DNA of 61,651 nucleotides, filler included, from Sphacelaria rigidula (GCA_964200075.2; 7 parts of 7 records of this genome joined end to end with filler, not necessarily neighbours in it), one strand, 5' to 3'; shown: positions 1 to 14,518, numbered from the whole stretch's first letter. Notes: generated by a model not told the origin, from the letters alone. Program-made: numbers and translations.

Positions 1-761
1 TCGAGAGGGGTTGGAGGACGAGGTAGCCCCCAATGATGACCATGACGACTGTGATACTGGAAGTGATGGCGATGGTGATGATTGCGGTGATGATGGCAAT
101 AGCAACTAGTGATGATGCTGGAGTCTCGAGTTGTAGTGGCGCAGTTGGAGAGTGAAAGCAATAGGTTCACCTACAGGTCGGGATGCGGGCGCGAACGTAC
201 GGTTCAGGGCGGGGTCGAGATGCTGTCAAGTAGCATGATGCGGTGTTGCGATGGTGTGTATGGCGGGACCGTACGAAGCGATCTTGGGGGTGGATGCCAA
301 CGATTTCTCTTTCGACGGAGACATTGCCGCCTCATATATATGCTCGAACCGGATTGGAAAGCTCGACGGGTATTTGCAGTACGCTTGAGTCGTGCAATAA
401 ACTATTCACGCTGTGCATCGGCCGTCGATTCTTCAGGACAGTGGACGCCCAATCATCCGCTCGGCACATCACTGCGTTGGCAGTGATATCCCCCCACCAC
501 GTCACTGACAGCACATTACTGACCCTACTGACAGCAACTTGACGCCCGAGATTTTAGTCTGGACACGAGCCTCGAGCTGAACAACAGTGAAAACATCCGT
601 CGACGATCAAACAAGCGCTGTTATGCTCCGTCGCCCGCAGCTAACCAGGGATGGGCGGCATGTGAAACCACGGACGCACTTCCTACTCCTCCTAAAAATT
701 GCGCATCAGCAGTGTCGTGGGGTACTCCTGAGGGCTTTTCGTCGTTCAACGGCTAGGGTCT

Positions 762-802
762 TCAAACCTCATTTCATTGATGAACCTCATTTTATAGAAT
801 CC
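762..802 (-). mobile_element. 41-nt conserved terminus of a probable DNA transposon
   Basis: TCAAACCTCATTTCATTGATGAACCTCATTTTATAGAATCC matches the reverse complement of 26161-26201 with one mismatch. AACCTCATTT occurs twice inside it, and the flanks differ between copies. Confidence 0.55.
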
Positions 803-3800
803 CCTTTCCTTTGTCGCAGCAACGACTCTATTTCCAGTTCAAGATACGCCAACCCTGGCCAGGCGGTGGACATCGCGGCAGTACTGTCTGTATGGGACCG
901 ATCGACACAAGCCGTCCAGAACAAAAATAGGACGGCCAACAAAAGGGAGCCAGCAGCATTGATACTGCTATAGTCCATTTCTTGGGATTGTGCCGTCCGG
1001 GAGCATGGAACATCGCACAAAGTCGACGATAGCACCGTCTTATCTCATGCCCTGTATCCAAAGTCGTGCAGGGTAGATAAGGAGCAAGTAAAGCGGCAAT
1101 AAATGGAGACTGCAACACCAGCCCCGGCCACCGCAGTCGTACCGCAGGCGCGACGACGTTCATAGCAAACGTTGGATACACCAACCCGCACACAGAAGGA
1201 CAAAGCACCCCCAAACACACTATTTATGTTATTACATACATCAGCGCGATCTCTTGAACCTGTGGTCGAAGACGTAGACTCGCATATCGAGCATCGTTCC
1301 GTACACACTATTCCTCTCAGATGTACAGCAACCGTGTGTTGTACATCGCCAGCGATTGATCGACTCGATCTCATCATGCGGGGAAAACATTCATCAAGCG
1401 TAATCATAACCATTTTCTGCCACATCTCCGTCGTTCACGCAGCCTTTGTTTTTTATTTGGCGCGAGTGGGGGTGGTATCAGGTTGGTGCTGGAGGACATA
1501 CTCGGGAAGATTTTGATCAATCAAGCGACACCTCGGCTACAATCGTTTCACAATCTCCACATCAAATTGTGCAAACAACGACACTGCACCCACCACGCAG
1601 CCGAAGCGGAGAATAACGACTAGGGGCTATAGGGGAGAGATACTTGATACCAGCGCGGAGGGTTTGTGAGATCAAGGAAAATGCACGTCGCTGCCCCATC
1701 TGGACGCGCTTCGTACGCAGGTGAGGCCAATTTAAGCTCCTTCTTGTGAGGTAGTGTAGTGGGCGGCCGACCACGACACCCGCATGCGATAAACTACTCG
1801 GTCTCCCTTGACTAGAAGCCTGCTATGGCGACGTCATGGAAAGACGAGGCCTTGAAGAGGATTTTCGATCTCGTTTGATAGTGCAGGTTTGCAGAGAAAT
1901 GCGAAACCCGCCTTCCCGAGATGAGGGACGATGGAGAACTCATCGCCGATAGAGGGGGTTATATACCCCGTCATTTGTTGTTTTACCACATGCAGTGTGT
2001 ACCACGGACAGACAGGTACAGTGCAGGACAGGACACTACGGTCTGCAAGGAAAAGTGACCGATTCCTTCTCATTCAATGCCAGACAATGACTGCGCTCGA
2101 ATGCAAGTCGTCTGCATGCCCTGAATCATTGTTCTCTTCATGACACTGGTCCGTACCTCCATAAAATCATGACTGCACGTCACTTGAGCATGTCGCGTGC
2201 TCCACAACACGCTATAGTGTAAAGCTCTTAAATTACCAGCTTGTCCCTGTCGATGGATGAGTGTCTTGCATCCAGTCTTTCGGTCTGACCGTCCCGCTAC
2301 TACCGGCCGTCTCAGTGATCGCCGCGGCGTGAAGGGACCAGGGGAGTCGTGTGTAAGCTTGCAAGTACAGCACAGCAATGCATGGTCTCGCAGAGCAACA
2401 CAAAACGTACATCGATCACCTTGTTTCTGGCTGCCGTGATCCAGCATCATAAACGGAGCGGCCGATTAGTCGGAGGCAGTGCAAGGAGGCTTACGAGTCG
2501 CAGGCCAGCCAGCCCCCACCCTCCCTCTCCCCTCACCGGCTGTTCACAATGCTGAAATGTCACGGCAGAAACGTTTTTCCCTGTTTCTCGACTAGCCTAC
2601 GCAAGTGCACAACGCCTTCACTGCTCAGGGATCGCCGGTGCGCGAGCTGCCAAAAGACGAGGAGATTTTGTGTGTCAATTCTCTTGGTGGTCATTGGATG
2701 GGGGTGGTTCGACCACTGGATTATCTACCTCGATTGTCGCGGGGGATCGGAACAACATCTTGACTCCGGAGCCCTCTGCTGGACCCTAGATCGATACCTC
2801 ACGAAAATGTGAAAAACGGCCTATTCCCGGTGGTATCATGCAAGTGAAGGGTTTGGGACGCCGGATTTCTGCAAAATGGGGTGTTATCGGGAGTACGTGG
2901 GTGATAATGAAATACACGATGAACCAAAAGAATCACAAAATGACACCCTGCTTGTTATCTGAATATCGCGTCTTGACGTCCCCGCCGCTTGCGCAGGAAT
3001 CGAGCACAGATCCGTTACGTGCATCCAGCTAAACATTTGCCCAGTTGACCTGACTAATAGCAGGGCAGCCGCAGGCTCGTGGGCGCGTGCTTGTGGACAG
3101 TCCCTAAGTCAACTTGGAGTAGATAAGAGCGATAACGGAGAACACCACGTCGTGTCGTGTCTTGTATTCTGCAAAGGCGACCCTCAGTGGCTCGCCTTCG
3201 ACCTTTCGTTCCACAAGACGTCGCCCGAGTAAAACTCAGGCAAGCAACGGCATTTGGTCAGCGTTTGTGAGATCGGTATCACTCATCATCTCGTTTGCGC
3301 CGCTGCATGAATGACGGTACGGGTATTTTTTTACGTCAGACCGCTGGAGGAGTGCTGTGACAGGAAACAGTCTGCCATTTTAGCATCCAACACAGGCAGT
3401 ACAGGACCGTACTGTCTGTACTGCGGGTTGTTTTAATCTCAAGTATATGGTTCCACATATCCCGGGGGACTGTCAGCCGAAATGTTCTTCCGAAACTAGA
3501 CCCGCCGCTGAAAGGGTTGATTATTCACCCTGCTGTGCGTCACTTGCCCAACAGCACCAGGAAAGGACCAATACCCACTCGTAGTCGTCACTAGTACCAC
3601 TGCACCTACCATGTTGACCGTGGGTGTTGTAGTTATTATGCTGGATGTGTGGTACAGTTTGTAAATAATACCAGCCAGCATAGATATTTTCTGTTTCCCC
3701 TATAGCTGTTGAATGCCTTTGCTTGCCTCCGGGTGGCCGGACTGTACGCATATCCAATCTTCGAGTGTAATACTGTACGGCGCACAGGAGGAAAGAGGGG

Positions 3801-6800
3801 GCTTGTGTGCTCTCGGTGTTGCTGAGACAGAAGTAATTTTGTGACTGAACTTAGATGAAATACTGGAATGGGTAGATCCAAACACAATGAAAAAATGTAA
3901 AAAGGGGGTCATATCTGACTGCTTCAGTATTCTCTGACTCTGCAACGTGTTTGCATTTTGACTCGGCGTTTGTGTGGTATTTGTATTGACCTTCAAAGAC
4001 CCTGATGGAGGGCTTGAAAATGGATCCTATTCGAGGGGCTATTGGTACTTTTCTTCCATCAACCCTTCCGTGAGTCCTGTGCAGGCATGTCAAGGAACAG
4101 TAATCAGTCATGCTCATGGGCATATCACGATAACATACTTGTATACCCATACTCCGATACTCTCGCAGTGCAAGGACGAGCGCGCTAAGCCCCGGTAGCG
4201 CAACAATCCCAACTACGAATTGCGAAAAATTGATGAGACACGCCGGCAAAATCGACCAAAACACAGGCAGCCACAGCACGCGCACCGGGGAGTATAACTC
4301 CCGACAACTGCAAGAGCGGGTGGACTTCCAAGCCCTTCTCATCCTGTGCGACCCTCCATTGCTTCGTGCGTGTCGATAATGGCAGCATAGTCGACTGAAA
4401 GGCATGCTTCACATCTCTGTCGACTCAACACAGCGCGCTGCTCCATATCGATACATGACAAAAAAACAGTACCATCGAGTACTTTGGCAGCCATACCACT
4501 ACATCCCACGCCGGTCCGTGATTCCCCGTACCTTCTCACCGCCTCATCCATGACCGAATTTTGATGTGGATGAGCATGTGCACTTTAGACCGCCGCATTG
4601 GGTCTGTCCACGTGTTGAACAGCGGAAATGTTGTAACACGTAGATGAATGGAAAAGGTCGTTAGCAGGCTGGAGAAGTGTTTACAAAACAAAGCATTGAA
4701 ATCACAGGATGGAGTACAACCGATGTTTTGTCAGTGTTGCGTGAAATGTTGTGCGGCACAGAAAATGGATATCGACGAATCACTTTGATACAAGACACGC
4801 GGTATGTTCGTAGTCAAATCAAGTTATTGTGCTTTCCGCGGTATTTGAAACCCTCGGTGCCCTACGGCGGTATATCATGGCTTCTTGGTATGCCCATGCC
4901 CGACCTACACCGTAGCGAAGTAATCATGTTCGCGTTGTTAGTGAGTGAGTCAATTGTGACCCCGATGGTTATGGAATGTATCCGGGATGAACACACATAG
5001 AAGCAGGTAGGGTACGAAAACTGCGTTGGACGATGCCGCTATTTTCAAGTGAAGTGCAGCACTGTCGTAGTGTACAGTAGATAATTAATTGAAGCTGACG
5101 GGGGCGATATCTAGAGTTCCCTTGTTAATGTATCCATGTACTACCTGTGGCGAGGATGTAGGTTCAAGAAAATGACGGCAACCAATCGAGCGTTCACGTT
5201 GTACCGTCTCCTTGGGATCTGGGGCTCTTACACACACCACCGTGTTAGCAGGGTTTACAGCTGCGTCTTCGTTTATTTAACCTTGCCATCGAATTAATCA
5301 TTGTGTGGAAGGCGAGTGACCAAGTCGGCAACGAACGAAATCCTTCAGTTGCGTACCTCTGGAGAACTAAGCAATATGTAAGCAAATAGTGTAGACACAG
5401 CAGCTACCATGGCTGGAAGTCCACCGAATGTGTGTACGTGTGGTTTTCCGTGATATCGCCTTTTGTGCAACATTATACCACTGTGGAGCAATATGCGCAG
5501 GAAGTCGCGTACTTTGGAGAATCGTGATTTAAATCATCCATCAGAAAGTTTGGAGCGTATGTTGCAAAACCAAACAACATGATGATAAGACGACACGCCC
5601 TGAAACATCGTCTACCTGTAAAAATGAGAATACACGTCTATACAAGACTAGGTAATTTCATGTAACCCCTGACGGAGACACCCTCATTATCGTCGTCCGT
5701 ACGTATTTTCGACTCGCCATCACCAACTACGTTCGCTGCTGCCCCGACGTCATGCTGGGAAATCCATCAATCGGTGTGATGTGTCGGCATACATATTGGC
5801 ATATCATAAGAAAGACTGCGCTATACTGTGCTGTACTGCCGTACTGTGATCGATATGGGAAATGAGCCGACCTACCCACGGACTATGATGTTGCTGCAGC
5901 GCACGATTGAATTCGAGGATGTGCGCCATTAGCCATATTTCCGACCAGCGCTCATGATGCACTTTCGATCATTCGCAGAATCCAGACTCAAAACGTTTTC
6001 CTTACCGTGCGAAGCAAGAACCACCACGGTCAATCCGACCAGAGTATCTACGAAAATACGAAATACGAATACTTGAGAAACGCGAAAAGTAAGGGGACGA
6101 ACGACAGCAGTCAAGGAATAGATATTCAGTCAGTACTACGAATTTGTTCTGAATCAAGATCACGTTCTGTAGGGGCGTGGGTTTTTTCCTCTGTTCGAGT
6201 TTTTTCAAGAGACTCGTGGGCACAGGTATCGTAGTCACTTTTGTCTTCCCTGTTGCTACTGTACCAGAGCCTATACCCTCACAATCCACAACCCCTCACA
6301 CATAGCGACGGGCGGAGCCAGCTCTTTTTTTTTTGCGTACCGACACACTTGCTGGGGCAGCATGTAGAGTGTTGGGACATGGAGTGCACCTTGACCCTCA
6401 TGCTGCTGTCGTGGGTGGCGGAGGCCCCAAACTTCCCCATCAGGGCACGAACAACGGGGAGACTTGACCCCCATCATGAACGGCAGCAGTATGATGGCCA
6501 GGGTCCAGGCGCTCTCCGGATATTTGACGTGCGTCTCCAGCAAGCTGTGGACTGTTAGGACGTCGGGTATGTGGTCACAGCAGCATGAAAGCACGAAACA
6601 TTCACCGCAGAAATCGGTGGGATGGATGATCGAAAGGAAGGCCACCGAGGGGACAGATCCACGTGGCTCATGACGGTGGCCCACAGACACACTTTCGTCA
6701 TCATCCTGGACAAAGGGACGACCGGCACGATTTTTTCAACATTGAGGTCTACCCTACTCGGGATAGCGATTACGATGATATACCTATACTTTACGCGGTA

Positions 6801-7229
6801 CACTATTTTTTCTTTGCAGCTAGTGTCCACGTGTTGTCCGGGAATTGGTATTTTTTACAGATTTTGTTTTAGTGTACACAGATTCATGGATTTTCTTCAA
6901 CTTTCCATCAGATTGAACAATTACGACACAAGCCGTGGTCGAATGTACCCAACGTAGAAAACCTACAACACAGGCTACTCTGACAAGAACAAAAAACTCG
7001 ACCGAACGGTGGAAAATGAAAATACAACAACAAATATCACGCTCGCTACTACCAGTAATGATGGAAGGAGAGAACAACAACGAAACAAGAAAAACGAAGA
7101 GAGTCCTCCGCCACAGAAAACAACGTAACACATGATACAAAGGCCAAACTCTTAAACAAGCATTCACGATGCCCCCAGCCCCTCTCCTCGACCACTGCAG
7201 TACATACACGAGATCCTCGTCCTGTGCAA

Positions 7230-8285
7230 GATTTTCGACCTCCCCTTCGCCTTCGGTCTCCCACCTGTGCAGCAATGGCTTGTCGCCGCGCCTCCTCCTG
7301 GTTTGCGTTGAACTTTCCCATTCCCATGGTGATGAATTTCAACTCCTTGAGGCGGCCAGGGTTGAGACGCAGGAAAGTCATCTTGGACACGCCGTTGGGG
7401 TACGTTGAGCATCTCAGTGTTGGTGGAGGTAGGCGACAGAACGGAGAAGTCCCGCTCCGATTGGCAACTGGTGCTGTTCACGCAGAGGTGGACCCGTGCC
7501 AGTGCAGACAACAGTGGGAACTTCGGCCCCTCGATGTCCGAGGCACGGGGCGCCCCGAAGAGCGCCAGTAGGCGATGACATCCAGGTGGGCGTCGGCAGA
7601 CGGCGCAGTATGGTCGTAGGTCACTATCTCCTTCTACAGGTGGGCAGACAGGATCGTAGAGAACCCCGCCGCCTGGACGTTGGCGGCCTTTTTGATGGCG
7701 GGGCGGCTAGCCTCACGTCCCTCAAGCAAGCTCCGTGGGCGTTTCGGTGCAGGCTCCTCATCGCTGCCCGCCGCCCCGTCAAGAGGAGTAGGCGTCTCCT
7801 TGCCCCCCAGCTCACTGTCCATTGCCTTGCCTAGTGCGACCAGTGCCGCGTTCGCCTTGTCGCGCAAATTGTGGTCGTCCACCTTCGTTAAATCCCCATT
7901 ACTGTACACCAAGTCGTCCATTGCTTTTTAGCGCGGATCGAGGTAGAGAGCGAGGCTCTCCACGGTGGTTGGAGCCACATTGACCTTGCAACCCTCGGGC
8001 TGCTCGATGCAGACAGATACCGCCTTTTGCACTGGGGCCTGGAGGTCATCGACGCGCTTCAGCTAGTGGACCGGCGGCTCCCCCCCCCCGTCTTAGCCCC
8101 CCTCATCTTTGATTTTCCCACGTCTGAGGAGGTGAGGATGTCAACCAGCTGGTGGAACGGGTAGATGGTCCGGCTGAGGATGCCGTCAATGCCGCCTTGG
8201 ATACCGATCGTCACTCGCTCCGCGCACTCCAGCAGGAAGCAGATCTCCTTCAAGACCACCCAGTCGGTCGACGAGAGCCCGCGGT
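7230..8285 (-). pseudogene. hAT-superfamily transposase, C-terminal half, decayed
   Basis: Minus-strand fragments in hAT order: LSSTDWVVLKEICFLL..VTIGIQG, then ALYLDPR*, then LDVIAYWRS, then LSALARVHLCVNSTSCQSERDFS (hAT dimerization domain with SERxFS), then MTFLRLN. Stops and frameshifts are present. Confidence 0.85.
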
Positions 8286-8723
8286 GTGCATTCTGTTTTT
8301 CTTTTCTCGCATGTACTAGGCGATGGACTTCTCGACGATGAGCAAACACACCAAGAATGCAAGCTGCGAACCCCACCTGGCATCCATTGTGGCGTACACA
8401 CGCGGTTGTGGACGACGAGACAGCCATGAGCAACTGATTATTCTTGTATTTTGACAACACATTGATTGAATCGATGTTCTCACTCTCACTGATTCCTGAC
8501 GACTGGCTGTGGTTTCAAGACAGACATTCAATGTGAAGAAGACGAGAAAAAAAACAGCAACCCGACCAAACAAAATGTACACAAACGCTATAATAGAGAG
8601 TTTCAAAAACACAAATCAGAACTCAGGGATGAGGAACAACTCAGGGACTATTAAGAAAGTTGGGATTTAAGGCCAGGACATGACAAATTCCCCTCGGTAA
8701 ACCCCGAAAACTGAACCCTGAGA

Positions 8724-8823
8724 NNNNNNNNNNNNNNNNNNNNNNNNNNNNNNNNNNNNNNNNNNNNTTAATTAATTAANNNNNNNNNNNNNNNNNNNNN
8801 NNNNNNNNNNNNNNNNNNNNNNN
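8724..8823. other. Artificial scaffold linker (N44-TTAATTAATTAA-N44)
   Basis: 100-nt spacer with six-frame stop core. The same spacer recurs at 17546-17645, 26368-26467, 35189-35288, 44010-44109 and 52831-52930, and the intervening segments fall monotonically from 8723 to 8721 nt. Confidence 0.97.
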
Positions 8824-9067
8824 ATAGATCATCAGTTAGAACCGGCTGACGAAAAGTCCGCTTCTTAGGCGGTCCAGCCTGTACCAAAAACAAGGAGGTA
8901 TAAATCGTTTCACACACCAGCCTCCTGAACCCGCCCTTACCCCCCATTCCTCGACAGAAGACGCGAGCATGAACAACAACTGTGACAATGGAGTACTTTT
9001 TTGAAAGCCCAACCACGACAAGCAAAGCAATGCTGAACCGCTGCCCAACCCTCCACCCTTGTTCCAG

Positions 9068-9259
9068 GTGGATATCGTGATTCACTCTCTGGCTAACGGG
9101 CCGGAGGTTACCAAGCCCTTGCTGGAGACCTCACGGAGGGGATACCTGGCCGCTTCATCGGCCTCGGCCTACTCCATGGTGTCGCTCGTGCAGAAGTTTG
9201 CGCCCATCATGCCGAAGGGGGGCTCTGTGGTGTCACTCACGTACATCGCTAGCGAGAAG
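9068..9259 (+). CDS. fabI: Enoyl-ACP reductase (plastid FabI/ENR), internal exon
   Basis: ccag|GTG...AAG|gtgtgt, 192 nt, phase 0/0. Translates [40 protein letters not shown]...SLTYIASEK, with the HSLANGPEV signature of plant/algal ENR. Confidence 0.95.
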
Positions 9260-9941
9260 GTGTGTGGGCTTTATTCCGGGGGGGGGGTGTACTTATTTTC
9301 TGCTTGCAAGGTTGGTGACTTTGACTCTGGTTCATTTCGCTACTTCCTCATCTTTCTCATCGCGTAGCTTGGAGGCGGGAGGGGATGTGTCGTCCCCTAT
9401 GTTCTTGGTTATGCTCTAGTCTTGGTGCTTTCGATTTGCTGGTGCATTCTTGTATCGTTCGAATAGGAAGCGGATCATACGCATTTACTGCTTTTTACAT
9501 ATCTCCATTTGCTCACTTGTCTGCTGCTGGGTCTCTTGCTGTGTGACACTTGTCGATCACACGACTACAATGAAGAGCCACTCCCGTCCACATGAGGTAC
9601 ATGCGTCCCTCCCGTATCTTACCACTACACTTTTTTTCCAAGAGCCACCCAGAAATCGTGAAATGTATTTGTTCGACCTCTCTCTTGCACACCACAAATT
9701 GAAGAGAAATTGGTCAGAGATAGCATACATATATCTTTTGCGTTACCCTTCGCTCGACTTGGATACAAGTCATGGATCCTACCAAACATGCCGAAAGCAC
9801 ACTTGCGCTGTTCGTCTGACGATGTTTCGCGGTCTTACCCTCCCCCCCCACACCCCCCCCACGCTCAACACGCCACCTTACACACCCATCACCCTACCTC
9901 CACCAATCTACCCCGGGCGTTCCTTGTGGGTGAAACGACAG

Positions 9942-10166
9942 GTGATTCCCGGCTACGGCGGTGGTATGTCCTCGGCCAAGGCCCAGCTGGAGTCGGATAC
10001 TCGCGTGCTGGCGTGGGAGGCGGGTAGGGAGTACGGCGTCAGGGTCAACACCATCTCGGCGGGACCTCTCAAGTCGAGGGCGGCGTCGGCCATCGGGGAC
10101 AAGGGGAAGAAGACCTTCATCGAGTACGCTATCGACTACAGCAAGGCCAACTCCCCGCTGGGCCAG
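9942..10166 (+). CDS. fabI: Enoyl-ACP reductase, catalytic exon
   Basis: acag|GTG...CAG|gtaaga, 225 nt, phase 0/0. [44 protein letters not shown] carries the catalytic Tyr/Lys motif YGGGMSSAK. Confidence 0.96.
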
Positions 10167-10570
10167 GTAAGACAAACAATGCTTGTATTCTTCCGGTTCA
10201 TGGGGAGGGGGAAGCATGGATGGCGGGCGGGCGGGCTGGGGGCAGGTTCACTGGGATGGTGTTTCGACGAAGTGGCGTGCTGTCTTGACCTGAGAGTATG
10301 CATGTGTGGGCTGTTGGCTGAAATATGGTGAAGGGGGTGGTGTGTATCTTCCATGGGTGTGTTATGTAGTTGAATCACCCGGGGTGTTCGGTCTTCCGAT
10401 TTTATGTTGCGATGGTCCCATCTCCAAACTCTAGTATCTGGGTATTGGTATCGAGTGCGATCTCAATATTTCACCCAAGTTTTGGGTACTCAGATGACGA
10501 TTTTTCGAAACACCGGAGTGTTCGCATCCAAGAAAACATGCAGCGATGACTTCATCTCCGGGCTTGCTTA

Positions 10571-12517
10571 CAGGCTGGTTCACGGTGATCACCCCAAATT
10601 GTGTCATCAGCGAATGCCTTCCGCAATACACACCCAATAGTCGCATATATGATATCATACTGACCGCAATGAAAATATGAAGAGGGTGACATAGCCGGAT
10701 TTTTGTTCAAGGCCGTAGCGGTAGCGGTATAGACGAAAATGTGTCTCAACCAATCAGCGCCCTTCAAACTGTTCCGAGATCTTAATTACGAATACCAAGC
10801 CCAATTTTCACCCAATCTCAACATGCTTCAAATCGTAGTAACCGTCATCGACACGTGAATCTAACGAGAAAATCATACTTCATAAACGGTTACTACGGGG
10901 GTCGAAATATACCCGAAACCATGATGTTTCCGTGACGTCGGGTGTTGGCGTCGTCTAATTTTCACTAGTGATATCCACGAAAGACCCAGGGAGCCTCGTG
11001 ACGTTGTCCCCTCTATCTGTTGTAGAAAAGCTCAGATCGCCCTCAAACTCGGCAGTTCCGCAGGTATGGATGCTCAAAGTGAAAAAAAAATGTTTTACTG
11101 ACAATATATCATGGTTTCTCCGTTCTCTACCGGCTTTCGGGGGTCCCAGCATGAAGACCCCCGGAAGGCGGTGCAGAATGCCCTCGAAGAAAAATAATGA
11201 TATGATGCGTCCCGGGAGAGTCCAAGGAACACATGTACAAAGTTTGGTGGAGAAACTCGAAACCCCTATACAGTTTTTCTCGCCTTGACGTCAAATTCAC
11301 CCCAAAAGACGTTTCCATACTAAAACCAAGTATTTAGGAGGCGCACGTTTCAAGCCCACGTCTTCCACAAACGCGCAACCTTTTACGCTGTCATTTGTAG
11401 TTAGATTCTGAAACTTCGCATAAATATGCTACGTATCATTACGCAATTTTCTACGGACGATGGTTCTTGTACTTCTTGAGTTTTTCACCGTTTTTCGGGT
11501 GTCCGACGGAATCGAATTCGTTTTTCGAAGTAGTCTCCATTCTGGGACTCCAGAAAAACGGCACTACGATACTTTTTTTTCATTTTTGCGCGAATTATTT
11601 GCCTTCGCATAACCGAAGGATGTGCTCCACAATTTTTCGTCGTAAAACTCGATCAACTGATGCTTGAATTTCCATGTTCACGTAAAAGCAGGCCCAAAAA
11701 CGCCGTTTTGGTACGAAAATCAAGTAGTTTGCGGTTTCACCGCGGCACGGCAGAGTTCATCGTGCAAAAGCCGAAAATCTCACGCCGTTTGAATGAGTTA
11801 GACCCTGAAATTTTGTACAACTGTGCTTTGGATCATCATGCAACTTTGGATGGACGAGATATTTTATTTTGTTACCGTATTACGAGGTCACCGCGCCAAG
11901 CGACGGTGCTACCCGTTTTCGAAATATTCTGCATATTGGGACCCCAGAAAAACGGCACTACAATATTTTTTACTTTTTTCATAAACAGCCTGTCTTTGCA
12001 TAACCCAAGGATGGGTTCCACAATTTTTCGTCGCAAAACTCGATTAATTGATGCTTGAATTTCCATGTTGACGTCAAAGAAGGCTCCAAAACGCCGTTTT
12101 GGTACTAAAATCAAGTACTCTGCGGTTTCACCGCGGCGTACGGCAACGGCAACGGCAACGGCAAACTTCATCGCAAAAAAGGCCAAAAACCTCACGCCGT
12201 TGTAGTGAGTTAGACCTTGAAATTGTGCACAACTGTGCTTCGGGACATTACGCAACTTTGGATGGACGATGTTTTTTTATTTTGTTTTTTGTTGCAGTTT
12301 TACGGGGGTCCGATTGCGTCGAGGTTCCTCCCCCCCAAAAAAAAACTGGGATCCCCGAAAAACGGTGGAAAAGAAAATAAGTAAAAAAAACCTCGATCAT
12401 CGAAAGTTGTGTAATTACACGTAGAACATTTGTGCAAAATTTCAGGGTCTAACTCCTTAAAACGGCGTGAGGTTTTGCCGATGAGTGTTTTTTGGGTGAT
12501 CACCGTGAACCAGCCTG
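10571..12517. mobile_element. Non-autonomous Tc1/mariner-type element (family A), ~1.95 kb, in a fabI intron
   Basis: Perfect 24-bp TIRs CAGGCTGGTTCACGGTGATCACCC flanked by TA at 10569-70 and 12518-19. Internal ~390-bp duplication (about 11550-12270). No transposase ORF recognised. Confidence 0.88.
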
Positions 12518-12853
12518 TACTGGGTTTCGAGGTGGTTCTGTCGGAGAGTTGACCAATCAATGTTCGATTCCATGTGTATCCAACGACTGCATGGCGTATC
12601 CCCCCGTCCTCTTCCCCCCATTACACACCTGGAACGATTCGTGACATGGACGCCTATTTTTGCGCAATTTTGCCCGTGTGTGCGACTGTTTTTTGTAAGA
12701 CATGAACTATAACCCATTCTTGTATCTGTCGCCCTGAAATTCCTGCCTGCAAGGCGTTCCGAGGACGTTTTACACAACTTTTGTTGATGGAAAGGGCCAC
12801 TGGATGCGACTACTAAAATGCGTTGCTATTTTGTTTCCCAATGACTTTGACAG

Positions 12854-12933
12854 GACCTTTACAACGATGACGTCGGAAACGCTGCGCTGTTCTTGTCGTC
12901 ACCACTATCAAGGGTCATCACTGGCCTCACCAT
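12854..12933 (+). CDS. fabI: Enoyl-ACP reductase, near-C-terminal exon (absent from the ORF track)
   Basis: tttgacag|GAC CTT TAC AAC GAT GAC GTC GGA AAC...ACC AT|gtaagc. Translates DLYNDDVGNAALFLSSPLSRVITGLT(M), in frame with the previous exon and matching the ENR VGN.A.FL.SPL...ITG motif. Confidence 0.92.
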
Positions 12934-13239
12934 GTAAGCCCTATTTATCTTGAGCGTGTGGTGTAGTGTAGTGTGTCCTCGGGTGGAGTAAAAGGAAGAA
13001 AATCGTCTCGTATCCGAGGCCCTGGGGTTTAATAACCCGTTCCAGCGGGTCTGAGAGACTAGGTTGATCCGTCGAAGAAACATATGGGGGACATTTTGCA
13101 ACCTGCAAGACTGGCGTATGGAATCCTTGACGCCTGCCTGTTCGAACGCGATTGTGAAACACCTGAGGCTCCCCCTTCCGTACAGGATTCAAATCCTTCG
13201 GTACAGTAGATGGTATAAAGGCGTTCGTGTAATTCTCGA

Positions 13240-13515
13240 CGAGACGTGATGGACGCCGATTTGTTGGAGGTATGTCTATTAGGAGTAGGAACAGTGCTCC
13301 GTCCCGAAATGGACGCGTGGTCATTGATGAAATGACGAAGGCAAGCAACAAATGGGTATCCACCCTCCCCCCCTCCCCCTAGAAACGTAATGAGCACCGG
13401 AATGCCGAAGGTGGTTCTATTAGGAGTAGGAACGGTGCTCCGTCTCGAAACGGATGCGTGGTAAATGGTCAAACGACTAAGGCGAGCAAAAAATGGGTCC
13501 GCCCCTCCCCCTCTC
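13240..13515 (+). mobile_element. Two tandem LINE 3' tails
   Basis: Two copies of ...CTATTAGGAGTAGGAAC(A/G)GTGCTCCGTC...AAGGC(A/G)AGCAA...C-rich tail, matching the 3' end of the LINE at 53631-55300. Confidence 0.8.
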
Positions 13516-14518
13516 CAGGGTCAGGTCCAAGTACGAGAGTTATGAAGCGAAGCAGGGTTCAAATGAGTGGCAGCGGCAGCAGTAAAGGCACCTTGAGATA
13601 TACAGTACTGGAATATCCTAAGGAGAACACGACACAAGAAGGCCTGGGATTATCCACAAACAGCTTCGAAGAACATGGGAATCTGATCACGTGCTGTCGC
13701 GGGAATGAGCGGTTGGAATGTTCATCGCATGAATTTCGGCAATGGTGAAGCCCATTTGTCACAGCAAATTTCGAAGATATTTAAAATGATCACACTAGGA
13801 AATAGTTGGAGGTTGGGAACGGTTTCACAGTGAGTCATTCACAGTGAGTCATGTTCCTCTTTGAATCGATCAGGATACCCTTCGTAAGCTGGGCGGAAAT
13901 GTCGAAATAGCATCTTCCGGATTTGGCCGTACAGTGTTGAGTGACGAGACAAGCAGTGCAACAGTGGATGCACGACCAAACTTGTGAGAAATGAATCAGA
14001 AAATTGCCTCGTGCGTTGGAACACGAGATCAACGGGAAATAGCATAAACCTTTGCCGCATTAAAACAGCCAGCAACGACATGGTTTGTACAGTAGTAGAT
14101 AAAAGCTGTCAAAATATGTGTAGGCGTACTGTGTGCAAGAAACACCAGAGGATTCGGCCGCACATGTATTGGAAACAGTTGCACCAAACAGAAGCACTCC
14201 TCGTATACATGAGGACATACGTTAGACATATCGCCGAATCACAAGTGATGAAATAACCATGGTGTGTAATGGCAGTGCCGGTGATGTGAGTATACAGGGG
14301 ACGATCAATACAACCTGGAAAACGTACTCGAATTACCGTCAAAATGTAGCACAGTGATTGCATAAAAATCTCGTAGGCATGAGGGGTATTTTAGCTTTTG
14401 CCGGAGTTACGAGGGATGGTGTGATGTGGTAGAATAATTATCTCGGTGAAGATATGCTCTAAAAAAATGGTGGATACCGAAACCGGGAATGTGACACTGT
14501 AAAATAGCCGGAGGGGTA

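Noticed and set aside
5950..6710. Exon-like segments at 5950-6226 (+) and 6340-6705 (-)
   Set aside because: Open frames with possible splice sites but no recognisable domain or partner exons, so they cannot be supported without homology or RNA data.
8768..8779. Palindromic TTAATTAATTAA repeated every ~8.82 kb
   Set aside because: Embedded in N runs. It is an artificial six-frame stop linker, and ORFs running into it are artefacts.
9450..10331. 293-aa ORF as a complete protein
   Set aside because: Only 9942-10166 is ENR-like and splice-bounded. The rest is intron read-through.
13550..14400. Very decayed Copia RNase H-like remnant (also considered for 20370-21110)
   Set aside because: Only vague resemblance, with many stops and no intact diagnostic motif.
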